Shown: positions 1-12,436 of the stretch, one piece after another
Layout of the letters: each line of letters starts with the position of its first letter
How positions within the stretch are numbered: position 1 is the first letter of the stretch
Source: Leucoraja erinacea
Taxonomy: Eukaryota
Direction of reading: 5' to 3'
DNA length: 64,000 nucleotides
Assembly: GCF_028641065.1 (NCBI RefSeq)
Contig: NC_073383.1
Coordinates: forward strand, 46,190,001 to 46,254,000
The notes under the pieces: generated by a model
Databases searched by the model: none
What the model saw: only the letters and a program-made list of their open reading frames with translations
What the model was told of the DNA's origin: nothing
Translations under genes and position numbers: made by a program

Positions 1-756
1 AGGGAAAATATACAGAGACTGGGAAATGGCTTACAAATGAGGCACTGCCAGAGGAGAGTCATAGCAGTTCAGTATGAATTGACGCAAGTTAAGATGCAGA
101 GAGCAATAGTCAGCACTCTGGGCACCAAGTCTAATCCAGTGATAATTCTAGTTAATGTACACATGACCCACTGAAGGAATTGCTGCTGGTTCTGTCTTGC
201 CTGTGTTCAATTCAAAACTCGTTACATTCTCATTAAGAATTCTTGCATCCTTTAATTTTGCCCCCCCCTTTAACATCATTATTTCCAGTGGCCGTCTCTG
301 CAAATGTTGCTTCAATTCCTTATTTTCCAGAACTTCACACCTACATCTCTCTGCCTCTCCACCTTTTGTACAACAGTCCTCAAAGCCTAGCTCTTTTTCA
401 ATACCCTTGGCCACCAGTTCCAAAATCTCTTTATATGGCATCATATCCCATTTGTCTGCTCATTGCTCTTGGAAAGCACAGGGAACAATGTACTATATGC
501 AAGATGCTGTCTAAATTTACATTGCTATTAGCTCAAGATATCAAAATTCAGAATCGCTTCACCTCCTTGAATGTTTCTACAAACGGCTGGCTTTGAAATA
601 TTAAATTACTCACTAGATACTGAATTACTTATTCTTCCCAATCTTCCTGGCTTGAATCCATTGTCACCGGTGCTTCTGAATATACAACCTTAACACTGAA
701 CTTCTGCACAATGGCTGCATTTGGTCAAATGTACAGGGCTGGATGAATTCACTCAC

Positions 757-851
757 CACATATTCAAACACGAAGGTCAGGTTTTCCTGTGTGTGGATAA
801 TGTCATGCAGAAGCACCACATTGCTGTGCTTCAAGCCCTTCAGAAGGGATG
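757..851 (-). CDS. CDK15: CDK15 coding exon 6 (kinase subdomains III-V); gene continues beyond the left edge
   Basis: 95-bp AG..GT exon encoding (A)[31 protein letters not shown]; phase matches the preceding exon. Confidence 0.93.
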
Positions 852-1139
852 CTGGAAACAAGACAGAGACAGCCTCACACCAGATGTTTTATAGGAATAG
901 GTACAATTTTGGGCAAACAAACTATTCTGTTTCCACTAGTCGTTCTGAGTGACCAATCTCCTGACTATAATGCATTTACTGAACTTTTTGTTGCATCCCA
1001 ACTTCACAATCATCCATAGTAGTGACGTCACAATATATGTAATGCACAAACACACTCTGAAACTGGAAGTCATTGTGGAATCGGCAGATTCTGTGGGACA
1101 GGAGATGCCTATTAGACAGGTGGGTGCATTGTGAAACGG

Positions 1140-1860
1140 TCCGTTCCTTTGTTACTTACACAGGGCTGAAAGGAAAAGGGGGAAGGGTCGGGTGGGAGAC
1201 GAGCGGAAGGAGGGGAAAGGAACAGAGTGATGAAGTAGGCAAAAGGTTGATGCGGAGGCGGATTGCAGGGGAGGTAGATGTTTACCAAAAATTGGAGAAT
1301 TCAACATTCATGCTGTTGGGATGTAGGCTACCAAGCTGAATATGAGGTGCTGTTCTTCCAGTTTGTGTATGGCCTCTCTCTGGCAGTAGAGGAGGCCGAG
1401 GACAGAAAGATCGGTATTGGAACGAAAAAGGGAATTCAAATAACTAGCAACCATGAACTCCAGCAGACCTTAGCGGATGGAGCACAATTGTTTGGCGAAA
1501 CAGTCACCCAGTTTAGGTTTCATCTCGCTAATGAAGAAGAGGCCACATCAGGAATATCTAATGCAATAGATGAGGTTGGAAGAGACACAAGTAAACCTCT
1601 CACTCACCTGGAATGGCTATTGAAGTCTCTGAATGGAGGTGAGAGGCAGATGTGTAGGGGCAGGTGTTAAATCTTGGTTGTAGGGAAATGTTCCTGTGAG
1701 CGGTGGGCCAATGAGGAGGGATGAGAGCGCTAAGAAACTATGGAAAGAGGTATCTGCAGAATATGGAAAAGGATGGGGCCAGGTGGTGGAATCATGTTGA
1801 ATGTAGTGCAAATGATCTGTGGGATATGGAGACTGGTGGGATGAATAACGAGGACCAAGC
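1140..1860 (-). mobile_element. Decayed Penelope-like retroelement fragment (GIY-YIG region and 3' UTR)
   Basis: Minus strand reads FQVSERFTCVSSNLIYCI.. and KLEEQHLIFSLVAY, typical of the PLE GIY-YIG endonuclease; contains stops. Confidence 0.7.
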
Positions 1861-1975
1861 ATAGCATGGAAACACTATGTTATTGATAGCCAAAAGAGGA
1901 GGTGCTCCACAGAACCCTCCAACTGATGGGTCGAAGGCTTTAGGCTGATAAATGCTTTGCACTGGGTCTGATGTT

Positions 1976-2272
1976 GACTTTAGACTCTAGAGATACAGTG
2001 GGGAAACAGGCCCTTCTGCCCACCGAGTTCACATCGACCAGTGATCCCCCATACCCTTGAACTATCCTACATACTAGGGCCAATTTACAATTTTACGGAA
2101 GCCAATCAACCTGCAAACCTGTATGTCTTTGGAGAGTGGGAGGAAACCGGAGCACCTGGTGAAAACCCACGCGGTCACAGCGAGATGTAAAACTCCATAC
2201 AAACAGCACCCATAGTCAGGATTGAACCTGGGTCTTTCGTGCTGTAAGGCAACAACTCTACTGTTGCGCTAC
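1976..2272 (-). mobile_element. V-SINE (HE1-like tRNA-derived SINE)
   Basis: tRNA-like head with B box (ggttcaatcc on minus), V-domain core (plus strand gtgggaggaaaccggagcacc), CR1-type tail. Confidence 0.8.
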
Positions 2273-2677
2273 TTTTCCACCACAATAGAGCACTGTGCTG
2301 CTACCCCTATTTTTCTTGAAGTGGACCAATGAAGATCATATTTGTTGTGCATCTGGATGGGCAAAATCTACACCCTAGCCATTAGGAAAAGGCCACATCA
2401 ACCACCTCAGAACAGACAAAGCCAGAATGAAAGCAGAGCATCTTAAATCTTGAGGACTGTCTCAGAAGAAGTTAACTTTGCACCAACACCAAATTGTAAT
2501 AATTTATGGTGCATTACTTTCCCTCAAGTTTATATAATCCCCTACTAGTAATAGTTAATGTACTTGATCACACATGCTTACTTCAGTGGAATTACATCAT
2601 AAAACACTCCCAGTCTACAAAGTTTCTTCACTGGAGTGATTTACAGATGTAGAACCAGAGTCTTATACTGTACCTAC

Positions 2678-2757
2678 CCTCACGGATTGCAGTAAAAGGA
2701 ACTCCCTCTTCTTCCTGCATCTTAATTACCTTCAAGGCGACAAGATTGCCATTTATC
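2678..2757 (-). CDS. CDK15: CDK15 coding exon 5 (catalytic Lys and PFTAIRE helix)
   Basis: 80-bp exon cag|G..G|gtaggt encoding (R)INGNLVALKVIKMQEEEGVPFTAIRE. Confidence 0.95.
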
Positions 2758-4085
2758 CTGTATACAGTAAAAAGATCGTTAACACCACTTTGAGTCTGTC
2801 ATTTTAATACAAAATCTGATCTCTGTAATATTCCACAGTAGTTCCCATACACTGAGATAGCTTGAATTACAGTTATTAATAATAAAGATATCCAGATAAA
2901 ATGCCGATGTTTAGGGATAAATATTTACCTGGATCTTGGAAAAAAAGTCCAGTCTGCTAAAAAACTGCTTCAAGCAGCTGAGTAGTAGATGGCTGAGAAC
3001 TTACAAAACATTCAAGTTAAGCAAATCAGGAAATTGTCAGTGTCATATTTGAAGACCACACACAGGTCAGCAAACTGAATGCAAGAAAACGGAATTTGAC
3101 AGGTTTCTGATTGACCCATTCAATTTTCAGAACTATTAACATTTATGATCCTTATAACATTTATTGTCATCATATTTTATCTGAAGCATCATAAAATTGT
3201 TCAATAACTATTGACAAAATTATTAAAATGTGGCCAAATATGTTTTACATCTGTCTCAAAGTATATCTAATGTTGCCTATCTGCCAAAGCTAAAGATGAG
3301 GCTCTCTGAAAATCCTAAATACGAGATCCAGATTCCAGCTTCCAGAGTTAGGAAATCAAAAGGTTTTTAAGAAACCAAATGACCTGGTTAATATAGCATC
3401 ATTTAAATCCATTGACATTCATCTCCATCTGACATTTTAAAGTCATTAGCAAAATGATCATTAGGAAGAAAGCAGAATTTAGTTGGTTTAGGAATAAAGT
3501 CAGTGACTGTTCGGAAATACATGGGTTCAGCACAGATCAACAGTGAAAACAAATTAAACGAGTCATGCTTTAACATTTGGAGAATGTGGTGGAAGTAATG
3601 TAAATGGTTGTTCCAGAGGCATTTAATAAGATGTCTTACACGAGCTTCATCTTCAGTATTTAAAAGCTTGGTATTAAAGAATAGGATATATAACAACATA
3701 GTTTGAGAGTTGGTTGTCAACAGCTAGAATTAGAGTCAATAGTGGGCTTTTCATATTAGGTGAACGATGAAAATGGAGTGTGCGAGATGTTAGTGCTGGG
3801 TCCAGGCTGCTCTCAAGAGATCAATCATTTGAGCATAAGGAAGATAATCAAAAACAATCTGAGAACACACAGATAGATGGCTTGCAAAACACTGATGACT
3901 GTGGAATGGGTTGCCAGGAATCAGAACAAGAATTGTATGCTTTCACAGGAAAACATGGGTGAAGAAATACTGAAGATGGTGGATAATAAGAGACCAGATC
4001 AAATTAACTGGGCTGATACTATGTATGGGAGGAGACGTGATATACTAATACTACTTCCACTAGAGTCAACAAGTGTAAGAGATTT

Positions 4086-4385
4086 AGGGGTCACAGTTTA
4101 AGGATAAGGAGGAAATCTTTTACGACCGAGATGAGAAAAACATTTTTCATACAGAGAGTAGTGAATTTCTGGAATTCTCTGCCACAGACTGTAGTTGAGG
4201 CCAGTTCATTGGCTATATTTAAGAGGGAGTTAGATGTGGCCCATGTGGCTAAAGGGATCAGGGGGTATGGAGAGAAGGCAGGTACAGGATACTGAGTTGG
4301 ATGATCAGCCATGATCATATTGAATGGCGGTGCAGGCTCGAAGGGCCGAATGGCCTACTCCTGCACCTATTTTCTATGTTTCTAT
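4086..4385 (+). mobile_element. Young 5'-truncated CR1 LINE 3' end
   Basis: RT C-terminal coding (FFxQRVVNxWNSLP), 3' stem-loop and ctatgttt tail; near-identical to other copies in the window. Confidence 0.9.
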
Positions 4386-4607
4386 TTAGCAAGGGACAGA
4401 TTCTGAGATCTGCGAGCTAGAAAAAGGGTGCCCTATGACTCTCCTGTTTATCTTTTACTCTTTGTTACTCCTCTTCCGGAAAACTGCATGCAAATGTTTG
4501 TTGATTTGGACAAACATCATCTTGGATATTGACTCACAACATATTTCAAAGAGTTTATGTACGGGTAGAGTAGTCCTAACTAGAAAATTGAAGCCTTCAC
4601 AACAAAC

Positions 4608-4702
4608 CTGCTAATCCCCTTGTACACCGTAGAATAAGATCCTTCCCCCAGTTTCTCTAGGTTTAGGTAGGAGGCTGCTGTTCCAAATCGTAGGCCACTT
4701 TG
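4608..4702 (-). CDS. CDK15: CDK15 coding exon 4 (Gly-rich loop)
   Basis: 95-bp exon after a polypyrimidine tract, encoding QSGLRFGTAASYLNLEKLGEGSYSTVYKGIS(R). Confidence 0.95.
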
Positions 4703-4794
4703 CTGGAAAAAAGAAACTAATATCACAATTTCCTTTGGGTGAACACTTTCCCCCTATGTCACCTGAAGATATATAGTTAATCGCTTTAAGGCCA

Positions 4795-5117
4795 ATGCCA
4801 TACTTCTGAAGAGCAGTCGCAATTGCGATGTAGGAAAATAGGGAGATAATCTGCATAATGTAAATCCCCATGAAGAGGAATTGACTTGATAGTTTGGTTG
4901 AGGGATATCAGAGAGATCCACTCTCTTTCAGATGGGTAAATGGAGCTTCCATTGAGCATCTCATCCAAAAAAAGGGTGCATCTGGCAGTGGACAATTCCC
5001 TTAATACTGCACTGGATTGCAGCCAGGATTACATGCTCAAGTCTCTGGAGTAGGACCTATGCCCACAACTTCTGATTCAGAGACAAAATTGCAACCCACT
5101 GAGCCATAGTTGACACC
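4795..5117 (-). mobile_element. Old DeuSINE (SacSINE1/AmnSINE1-like)
   Basis: Minus strand: tRNA-like head ggctcagtgg..gttgtggg..ctccagagacttgagca, then Deu-like core ccagtgcagtattaagggaa..ggatgagatg. Confidence 0.6.
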
Positions 5118-5316
5118 GTTCACAATACAGAAAAGGCTAAGGGAGCTGCGGTGGATACCTAAATAACATAAGATGGTAAGTGGGCCAGAGCAGGGAGGTG
5201 GGAAGTGGGGTTTGAGAGCCCATTGAATACTCTTTGAACATGAGAGAAAGGAGTTATCCTTCAGATTGGCAAAGGAGTGCTGTCTATAGGCTATGAGAGG
5301 TAAGACTGACGTACGA

Positions 5317-5665
5317 GATGCAGGAAACAATATTCCCAATGTTGGGGGAGTCCAGAACCAGGGCCACAGTCTAAGAATGAAGGGGAGGCCATTTAAAACT
5401 GAGATGAGGAAAAACTTTTTCACCCAGAGTTCTGAATTTGTGGAATTCTCTGCCACGGAAGGCAGTGGAGGCCAAATTACTGGATGAATTTAAAAGAGAG
5501 TTAGATAGAGCTCTTGGGGCTAGCAGAGTCAAGGTGATATGGGGAGAAGGCAGGTACAGGTTACTGATTGTGGATGATCAGCCATGATCACAATAGATGG
5601 CAGTGCTGGCTCGAAGGGCCGAATGGCCTCCTCCTGCACCTATTTTCTATGTTTCTCTGTTTCTA
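5317..5665 (+). mobile_element. CR1 LINE 3' end
   Basis: GHSLRMKGRPFKTEMRKNFFTQ motif, conserved 3' hairpin and tail. Confidence 0.88.
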
Positions 5666-5801
5666 CTATTTGGAAGAGGATCGGTCTCAGTTTGGAGGAG
5701 GGGTGTCATATTGATTAGGAAGTGCTGTTAAATTGATCAGCGGAGGGACTATTAAGGGTTAGAGGGTCTGTCGTACAGAGGCTAGTGTTGATGCAGTGTA
5801 C

Positions 5802-5951
5802 CCATTGGTGACCCTGTGTGTAGTTCTTGCACCCTATCGGAATGCTGTTGCTGCGGTTCCTGTGCCCATTGAGTTTCCGGGCCTGCAGCGTGTGGTACAG
5901 GCGTGGCTCGCAGACAAATGGACTTCTTGGCGACTCAGTGACCTCAGTCAG
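5802..5951 (-). CDS. CDK15: CDK15 coding exon 3
   Basis: 150-bp phase 0-0 exon, LTEVTESPRSPFVCEPRLYHTLQARKLNGHRNRSNSIPIGCKNYTQGHQW. The RSNS and terminal QW match CDK15 rather than CDK14 as recalled. Donor gtacac is weak. Confidence 0.85.
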
Positions 5952-8900
5952 CTGCAAAAAGAGAAAACAACATTAGTATTGAGATAGTGCAGAGCTGAAT
6001 GCTGAATAATCACCATCTCTGCATTAAATCTTGAATCCAGGGCACAAACAGTCTGCTGACCTTTGCTCCAGGGACCTGTAATGTCACGTGATGCCCAGTG
6101 ACCATCCCAACTTTCTTGCCTTTATAGTTTGGCTCAGGTAGTAGTATACCTCATCAGAGTAAAAAAGTTGTGGATCCCAGGCACAAACATGTCCCCAAGC
6201 CCATAAAAGGGGGATTGGGATAATCTACCACAAATGCAGGGCTTGTAATTAAATGCATTGGTATCCTCTTGCAATAGAGAGGAGGGGTACTAGCATTCGA
6301 GCCAGGTTAACCCAACTTCCAGTGTCAGTGGGGCTGGTTGAATGCAGGATTATCACAGCTCCCAATAGAGTGAGCAACAACTGCATGGATGGTGGAATTA
6401 TGTAAATAAGTATAACATGATTTCTGATGTGATTGATTGAGCTTCTTTCTGGGCATTTTGGATGAGAATTCTGAACAAACCTGTCACACTTTTTAGAACT
6501 CTTTGTGTTTCTCACCTATTATTCAGCACATAACTGCACCAAGCCCCCTCAAGGTACAGGTACCACAATGGCAATGAGAAGAATGGAAGATTTGAAGTAG
6601 TAAAGTTAAAGTCTTTAACCTGTCCACGTGAGTTATCTCACCAATTTCAATTTGGAATCCAGTACAGGGAATAAAGACAGTGTGTTTGGGATTACCGATT
6701 TAGGCCTTGCAATGATAAAGTAGGACTGTTGCAAGACAGCAGTGCAAACACAATCAAGCCCGATTGAAGGGAGCCTTGAAGTCAATGAGAGCCTTTCTAT
6801 TGTTCTGCAGAATGGATGAAATGTTTTCGGGACAAAAAATATCAGTAAAATTGAAGATAAATGTACCTGCTCAAAATGAAACCATAAAACTTAAAAAAAA
6901 AACATTATTGTGGTATGCTCTGGTGCTTCAGCCATGTAGCAGACCTCCTATGTCACATGATACAATAGATGTTGTATTCGATGAGATGATGGAGGATTAA
7001 TCACTTTAATAATGCACACTCAGAATTGTAGAAAATGCAAAAATTAAAAACAGTCACCAACGGTCAGAGAAGACCAGTAGTGATTATTTAGCAGTGTTAA
7101 AAAATGTGTCATGACATTATCATTTTAGCACTTTCCTGAACCAGGTACTGCAAGACAACTTTGTGTGCAGTTGAACAAACAAGTCATTTCAATCAAACCT
7201 ATCTGTTAAATCGGAGAATGGGACTGACAGCTGTTCTCCAAGGTTTGCCTGGGTCAAAATATCTCGTCAAATCCAGTTTGTTATGTGCACAAGTACAGTG
7301 ATGTCCAGGTACAGTGAAAATCTTGCTTACAGCAGCATCACAGGTGCAAATATCCCTTTTTAGCCCTGAAGAAATAAGTAAATGAATGTTTGAACATGTA
7401 TGTAAAACAGCCTTAGTGATGGAAGCAGCTTCTAAAAATCCCAAAGAATTTCAACCACACCTAGTTTTAATGTTAATGTTCATTGTTAATGCGCTAACAA
7501 GGATATAGGACAGTAGCAATTGTGGGAGCGCCAACATTCAGTTGGAGTCACATGGATATATGAATTGTCAAGCATCCAGGAAAGTCGTAGCCCACATAAT
7601 CTCAAATGTGCTCATTTACAGCAGCAGAATATTGTAACAAGGGCACAGAGCCTCCATGTGTAAAGCTAGACCTGGATTGCCAGCCAGAATAATGTCAGCC
7701 AGGTGAGCAAGAACAATACTAACAAAAGAAAGCTACAATAAGGTGACTTTTATCACAGTAAAGCTGGTGAACAACCTGATGGGTGGTATAATATCACACT
7801 TGTCACTAGCTGCATTAAGGAAAAAATAGTTTTTCTAAAATCAAATTGAACGTTAATAACCTGAAAACAGAAACTAGCATCGGTACAGCAGCTGACTACT
7901 TAATTGTGGCCAGAGATATGTATACTAAGAGGCTAGGCAAGGTGTTGATAAAACATTCCAAAACATTTAGTCAGATGTGACATGTAGCATATGATCATAA
8001 AAGGAAGGTGATCATTTATATTAACTAATTATACAAACATGCAAGATCTGTCAGGAAAAGATTGCCTTGCAGAATAAAAGTGGGATTAGAAGAATGAACA
8101 CTTCCAAAAATCATCTCGAGAAGCCTCCAGAGCAATTTGCAAATCTGTTTAAGGATTTATAGACAAGGATTAAGGGACACAAAGCCCATATGGACATTAA
8201 GCCAAATGTCAAGATTTATTGCATACCTAGACTGGTATCATATAGCCCAAAGGATCAAGTGGCGGAATAGGTAAACAAACACAAGTGACACAATGTTTTG
8301 GTCAAAACTGCAAACAATATGCGGGCAACACCCGTTGTGGTGCCCAAAATAATCTTCAACCAAGCTGTAGACAATAAACATTTTTTGCTTGTATCTCAAG
8401 ATCTGGGTGCACAATTGGCCTGCTTCAAAGTGAATCTTTCTCACATAACCACACAATTAAACACAACTGCACAATAGCAGAAGATAGACACAAAAAGCTG
8501 GAGTAACTCAGTGGGACAGGCAGCATCTCTGGAACGAGCATCAGCTGTTCCTTCCTGCACAATAGCAGTCCAGTTAGTGTACAATTGCCAAGACTGCAGA
8601 TCACAAGCTTCAAGATCACCAGCCCAAGTGTGAAGGGGTCCCCAGAATGCCCATCTTGACCACAACAAGATAGTCATGGGCAGCATCTTGGTGGACAATC
8701 AATCAAAATGGTTTGCAGCAAAGCATGTAGGGTCATGCTGCACCATCAAAGACACAGTAGAAGAACTCACATTCCAAGATGTCATCTCATGAGGAGGCTG
8801 TAATTTTGGTCTTTCCAAATGAGTACTTTATGAAACTAAGTAAGAATACACATCAGGTCTCCTCATCATCCTCAAACAAAAATGCTAGGAGGTTAGTTTG

Positions 8901-10057
8901 GACAGTAAAAAAAGAGACTGAAGACAAAGTTGTGAATAGCACTTAAAATATTATTACAAAGTTTTGGCTCTCGGATTTTCTTTCACAATTAGTTGATGTC
9001 TCGGTTCATTCCAGAGGACACGCCTGCCACTATCAATGCATATAAAAGCCAGGAGTGCGTTTCAGTCTGGTTCAGCCAAGTCTGGAAGCTGGGGGAAAGG
9101 CAGTTGAAACAAAGCAAACAGGAAGACACATTACTTTAAGGGGAGAAGTTCATTTTGAGTTTGAATGTACTCCAGTGACGAGTCCTACAATGGTTTAAAG
9201 AGCTGCCACAACCAATAAATGAGCAGAGACAAGAAGTGAGACCTTCAGAAAAACGAGATGCATTCTACATCACCAACATCTATTGAGTCACTAAGATTAG
9301 CACAAGCAGCACTGAATTTTAGAAAGATCAAAGTGAATTCAAGACGGGAATTAAACTTGCCAAACTATGTTTTGATTATTATGAAAGGCTGTAAAGATGG
9401 TAAATAATGTGATTTAATTTACGATGTGCTTGATCACAAGCTTATCATTGTTTGCAGTCTAAAAAGAACTTTAAAAAAAAAAGAACCAATTACATGTTCC
9501 ACAGTTCTTCATGTTTCCTGCGTATTACACTGTATGATACTGGACGAAAAACCGACAAGAGTACAGATATAAAGGGCAATTAAATCAATCAGTTACCATC
9601 CGGAGTCTGCAATTATCCCCCTCTTTTTACAAAGAAATCCTATTATGTAGCCACTTTTTATGAAGATTATTTCCAGAAAATGATAACATCCTGATTCCTA
9701 TGTTGCAAACATTAATCAACAGTGAGAAAACAACAAAATGTAAAGTACCAAACCACAAATCTAATCTAAATGCAATCATAGAATTGGATTGAAAATTTAA
9801 ACCCGCTATTTTTGTGGATCTGAATTTTGTTTCTGCTGCACTGCTCTCAAGGCTGCGGTTCCGTTTTGCTGCTCATTCTATGTATTTACACTTGATTTTC
9901 ACTTTTTGAGACTGTGAAGGACTTTTGATACAGAGTTATATACAGCAAAGAAAGGCTCATGTGGTCTCCCTCATTTACCTAATCTAGATAACCTTAATTT
10001 CCTTTTGTATTCTCTATTTACCTCGGTCTCTTCACATTCCTCATGACTGGTGAAAAC

Positions 10058-10310
10058 CATAAGACATAGGAGCTGAATTAGGCCATTTGGCCCATCGAGT
10101 CTACTCTGCCATTCAATCATGGTGGATTTAATTTTTCTTCTCAATCCCATTCTCCTGCCTTCTCCCCATAATGTTTGATGCCCTCATTAATCAAGAACCT
10201 ATCAATCTCCATTTTAAATATATTGGCCTCCGCAGCCCTTTGTGGCAATTAATTCCACAGATTCACCACCCTCTGGCTAAATAAATTCCTCCTCATTCCC
10301 CTTATCAGGT
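10058..10310 (-). mobile_element. Older CR1 LINE 3' end
   Basis: Diverged reverse complement of the CR1 3' UTR (cataagacataggagc..ggccatttggccc). Confidence 0.75.
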
Positions 10311-11112
10311 TGATATTACCTCAAAGGAAGCCTTCCTGGAACACTCGAGGCTCTCCAGCCTGGACTCTGGTCTTGGACAGCAGCAGATTCTTACCCACTG
10401 GGGCATTTCCTTTCACAGCAAAGGCCCTTTCCTGCTCGACTTCAAACCATCCCATCAATGCTCGCCTCAGTCACAAGGCCTGGTCCTGTGACCTGTCACA
10501 CAGTCCTCTTTCATGGAGGAATGCAAGCAACTCTAAAACAAAACACACAGCTCTCTCTGTGTGCTGCAGTCAACCCAAGCATTGCCTAGTTTTAAAGGCC
10601 GAGCAGGCAGATTGGAAAGCTGGAGGCTGGTCCATGTTTAGTTAAATCCAAATCCAGGCAAGAAAGAGGCTAAGGGGGTGGGGGCATTCAGTACAGAGAG
10701 AGGCAGACAGAGAAATGGAAAGGGAGTGTACTGGTATGACATCATGAATATTGCATTTTGTTTATTTGTCATTGAAAACTTCCATTGAGCTGGTGCAGGG
10801 ACCAGAAGACAGTGGCTGGAGGCCATAAGGGAGGCTCAAAGGGTCAAATATGAACAGGCCAGGAGAGGGTGGGTGGCAGGCACCAATGAGGAGGTAGAGC
10901 CTCCAAAGGAAGAGCTTCAGCACAGTTGGGGGAGTTCCCAAAGCTAGGCTCATGATCTCCACTCCCCCTCCTCCTCCTCTTCCTTCTCTTCCTCCTATCC
11001 CTCCCACCTTTGTGACACACCAACGCCAACAATCAGCTCTGGGGATGGCCAATACGCAGCAACCTTGCCAGATGCATCCACCATCTGAAAACAAGATATC
11101 TGTGACCTTTAC

Positions 11113-11144
11113 CTCTTTATATCCAGGATGATGGTGTGTCAGAC
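11113..11144 (-). CDS. CDK15: CDK15 coding exon 2 (32-bp microexon)
   Basis: tttattctcaacag|GTCTG..AAAGAG|gtaaag encodes (G)LTHHHPGYKE and bridges phase-1 exon 1 to phase-0 exon 3. Confidence 0.8.
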
Positions 11145-12401
11145 CTGTTGAGAATAAAGTACAGAGTGAATTCTCTAAAAGGATGAGTGCTCAAAAACAG
11201 TGAATGGTTAGTTGTTCAACAAAAGCAGAGTCTGAAATGAGAGCACAATAGGGAATGTTTTTGCTGTAGGTATCAAACTCTGCACAATGGGCCAAAAATA
11301 TTATTGTAATACAATCCTGATCATTGCCAGGATTGAACAAATTAAACCTTTGGAATACATTCAATACTGGGTGGGGACTACAAACAGGAGGTCAGGATTC
11401 AAGCAGGAGAAGAGCCTGGAGACGAATCTTTTTGCACTCTGCAGCTTGTAGCTAATGGGATGAATTGAGAGGACGTTTTAGAACATCTGAACTGATAAGT
11501 AAGAGAGAGGAAATTATGGTGTTTGCTTTCAGGGCTGATCCACAGATATCAACTTTACTATTGAAACCCCTTCCTCTGATGGATTAAGCACCACCAGCCC
11601 TCTCCCTCCCCCAACATCCCACACAAATGAAGCCTAACCTTCTCCTCCTCCTCACAAAATTGAAACACATCATCATTCTGATGCCATTAATTCAATTCAC
11701 TGTAACACATATACACAAAATTGAAAAACATTCCAATGGTAAAATAATTTCTGCATTGAACTAAGCTCATTCTTTGCAATTTCATTTATAATTTTAAGTA
11801 AATAATTACTGCTGGGTATTTATGCTACATTGTTTTTGACAGTGGATCTTTCTCAGCTTTGCTCATATTCCTTTGGTATAATTCCCAGCACTGTTCTGAG
11901 TTCTTTTCTTTATTCTGTTAAATAATTTATCACCTTGAGAGAAATTCTAATTGAACCATTGTCTGCTGACTACATATAATACATTTCTAAACTCCCTCTT
12001 AATTTGCTTTATGCCAGGATCAGTCAAATGGTTTTGTAGTTTTTTCAGTCACTGGAAGGGCAGAATCCACACATCAAGGAAGAGGCTGATCCTGCCATAA
12101 AGCAAATTAAAAGGGAGCTTAGAAAGTGCCTGAATGATTTTTTTCTTATCCAATACTAGGTTCCTATACCACCTGTGGAGACGGCAAGCATAATGCCTAT
12201 GTCTCCCAAGTACTTGACTTTTCAACCATGATTGATACAGAAAGAGCCTGCCAGCGCTCTGGAACTTTAATTTATGAAGCACAAGCTCTGAGCATTTACC
12301 AGCTCCACACAATAAAGTACCTCACCTCACTTTATAAATTGCAAAGATTGCCTCCTTTCAGAGAGAAGTGAAAATGTAAGTCCATCCTACTGGATGCAGT
12401 A

Positions 12402-12436
12402 TTTGCTACGGCAACCAACTTAGTTTCCATGGCAAT
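12402..12436. promoter_or_regulatory. Tandem RFX X-box-like motifs in CDK15 intron 1
   Basis: TTTGCTACGGCAAC (12402-12415) and GTTTCCATGGCAAT (12423-12436) compared with the consensus GTTNCCATGGNAAC. Confidence 0.45.

Noticed and set aside
148-596. ORFs of 98-117 aa near the left edge as the next CDK15 exon
   Set aside because: No TDLAQYM-like kinase sequence; probably intronic or decayed repeat
2200-2272. tRNA gene
   Set aside because: tRNA-derived SINE head with no intact cloverleaf
757-5951. Assignment of the kinase to CDK14
   Set aside because: The N-terminal exons, the GVPFTAIRE context and linkage to HYCC2 and ORC2 fit CDK15 better
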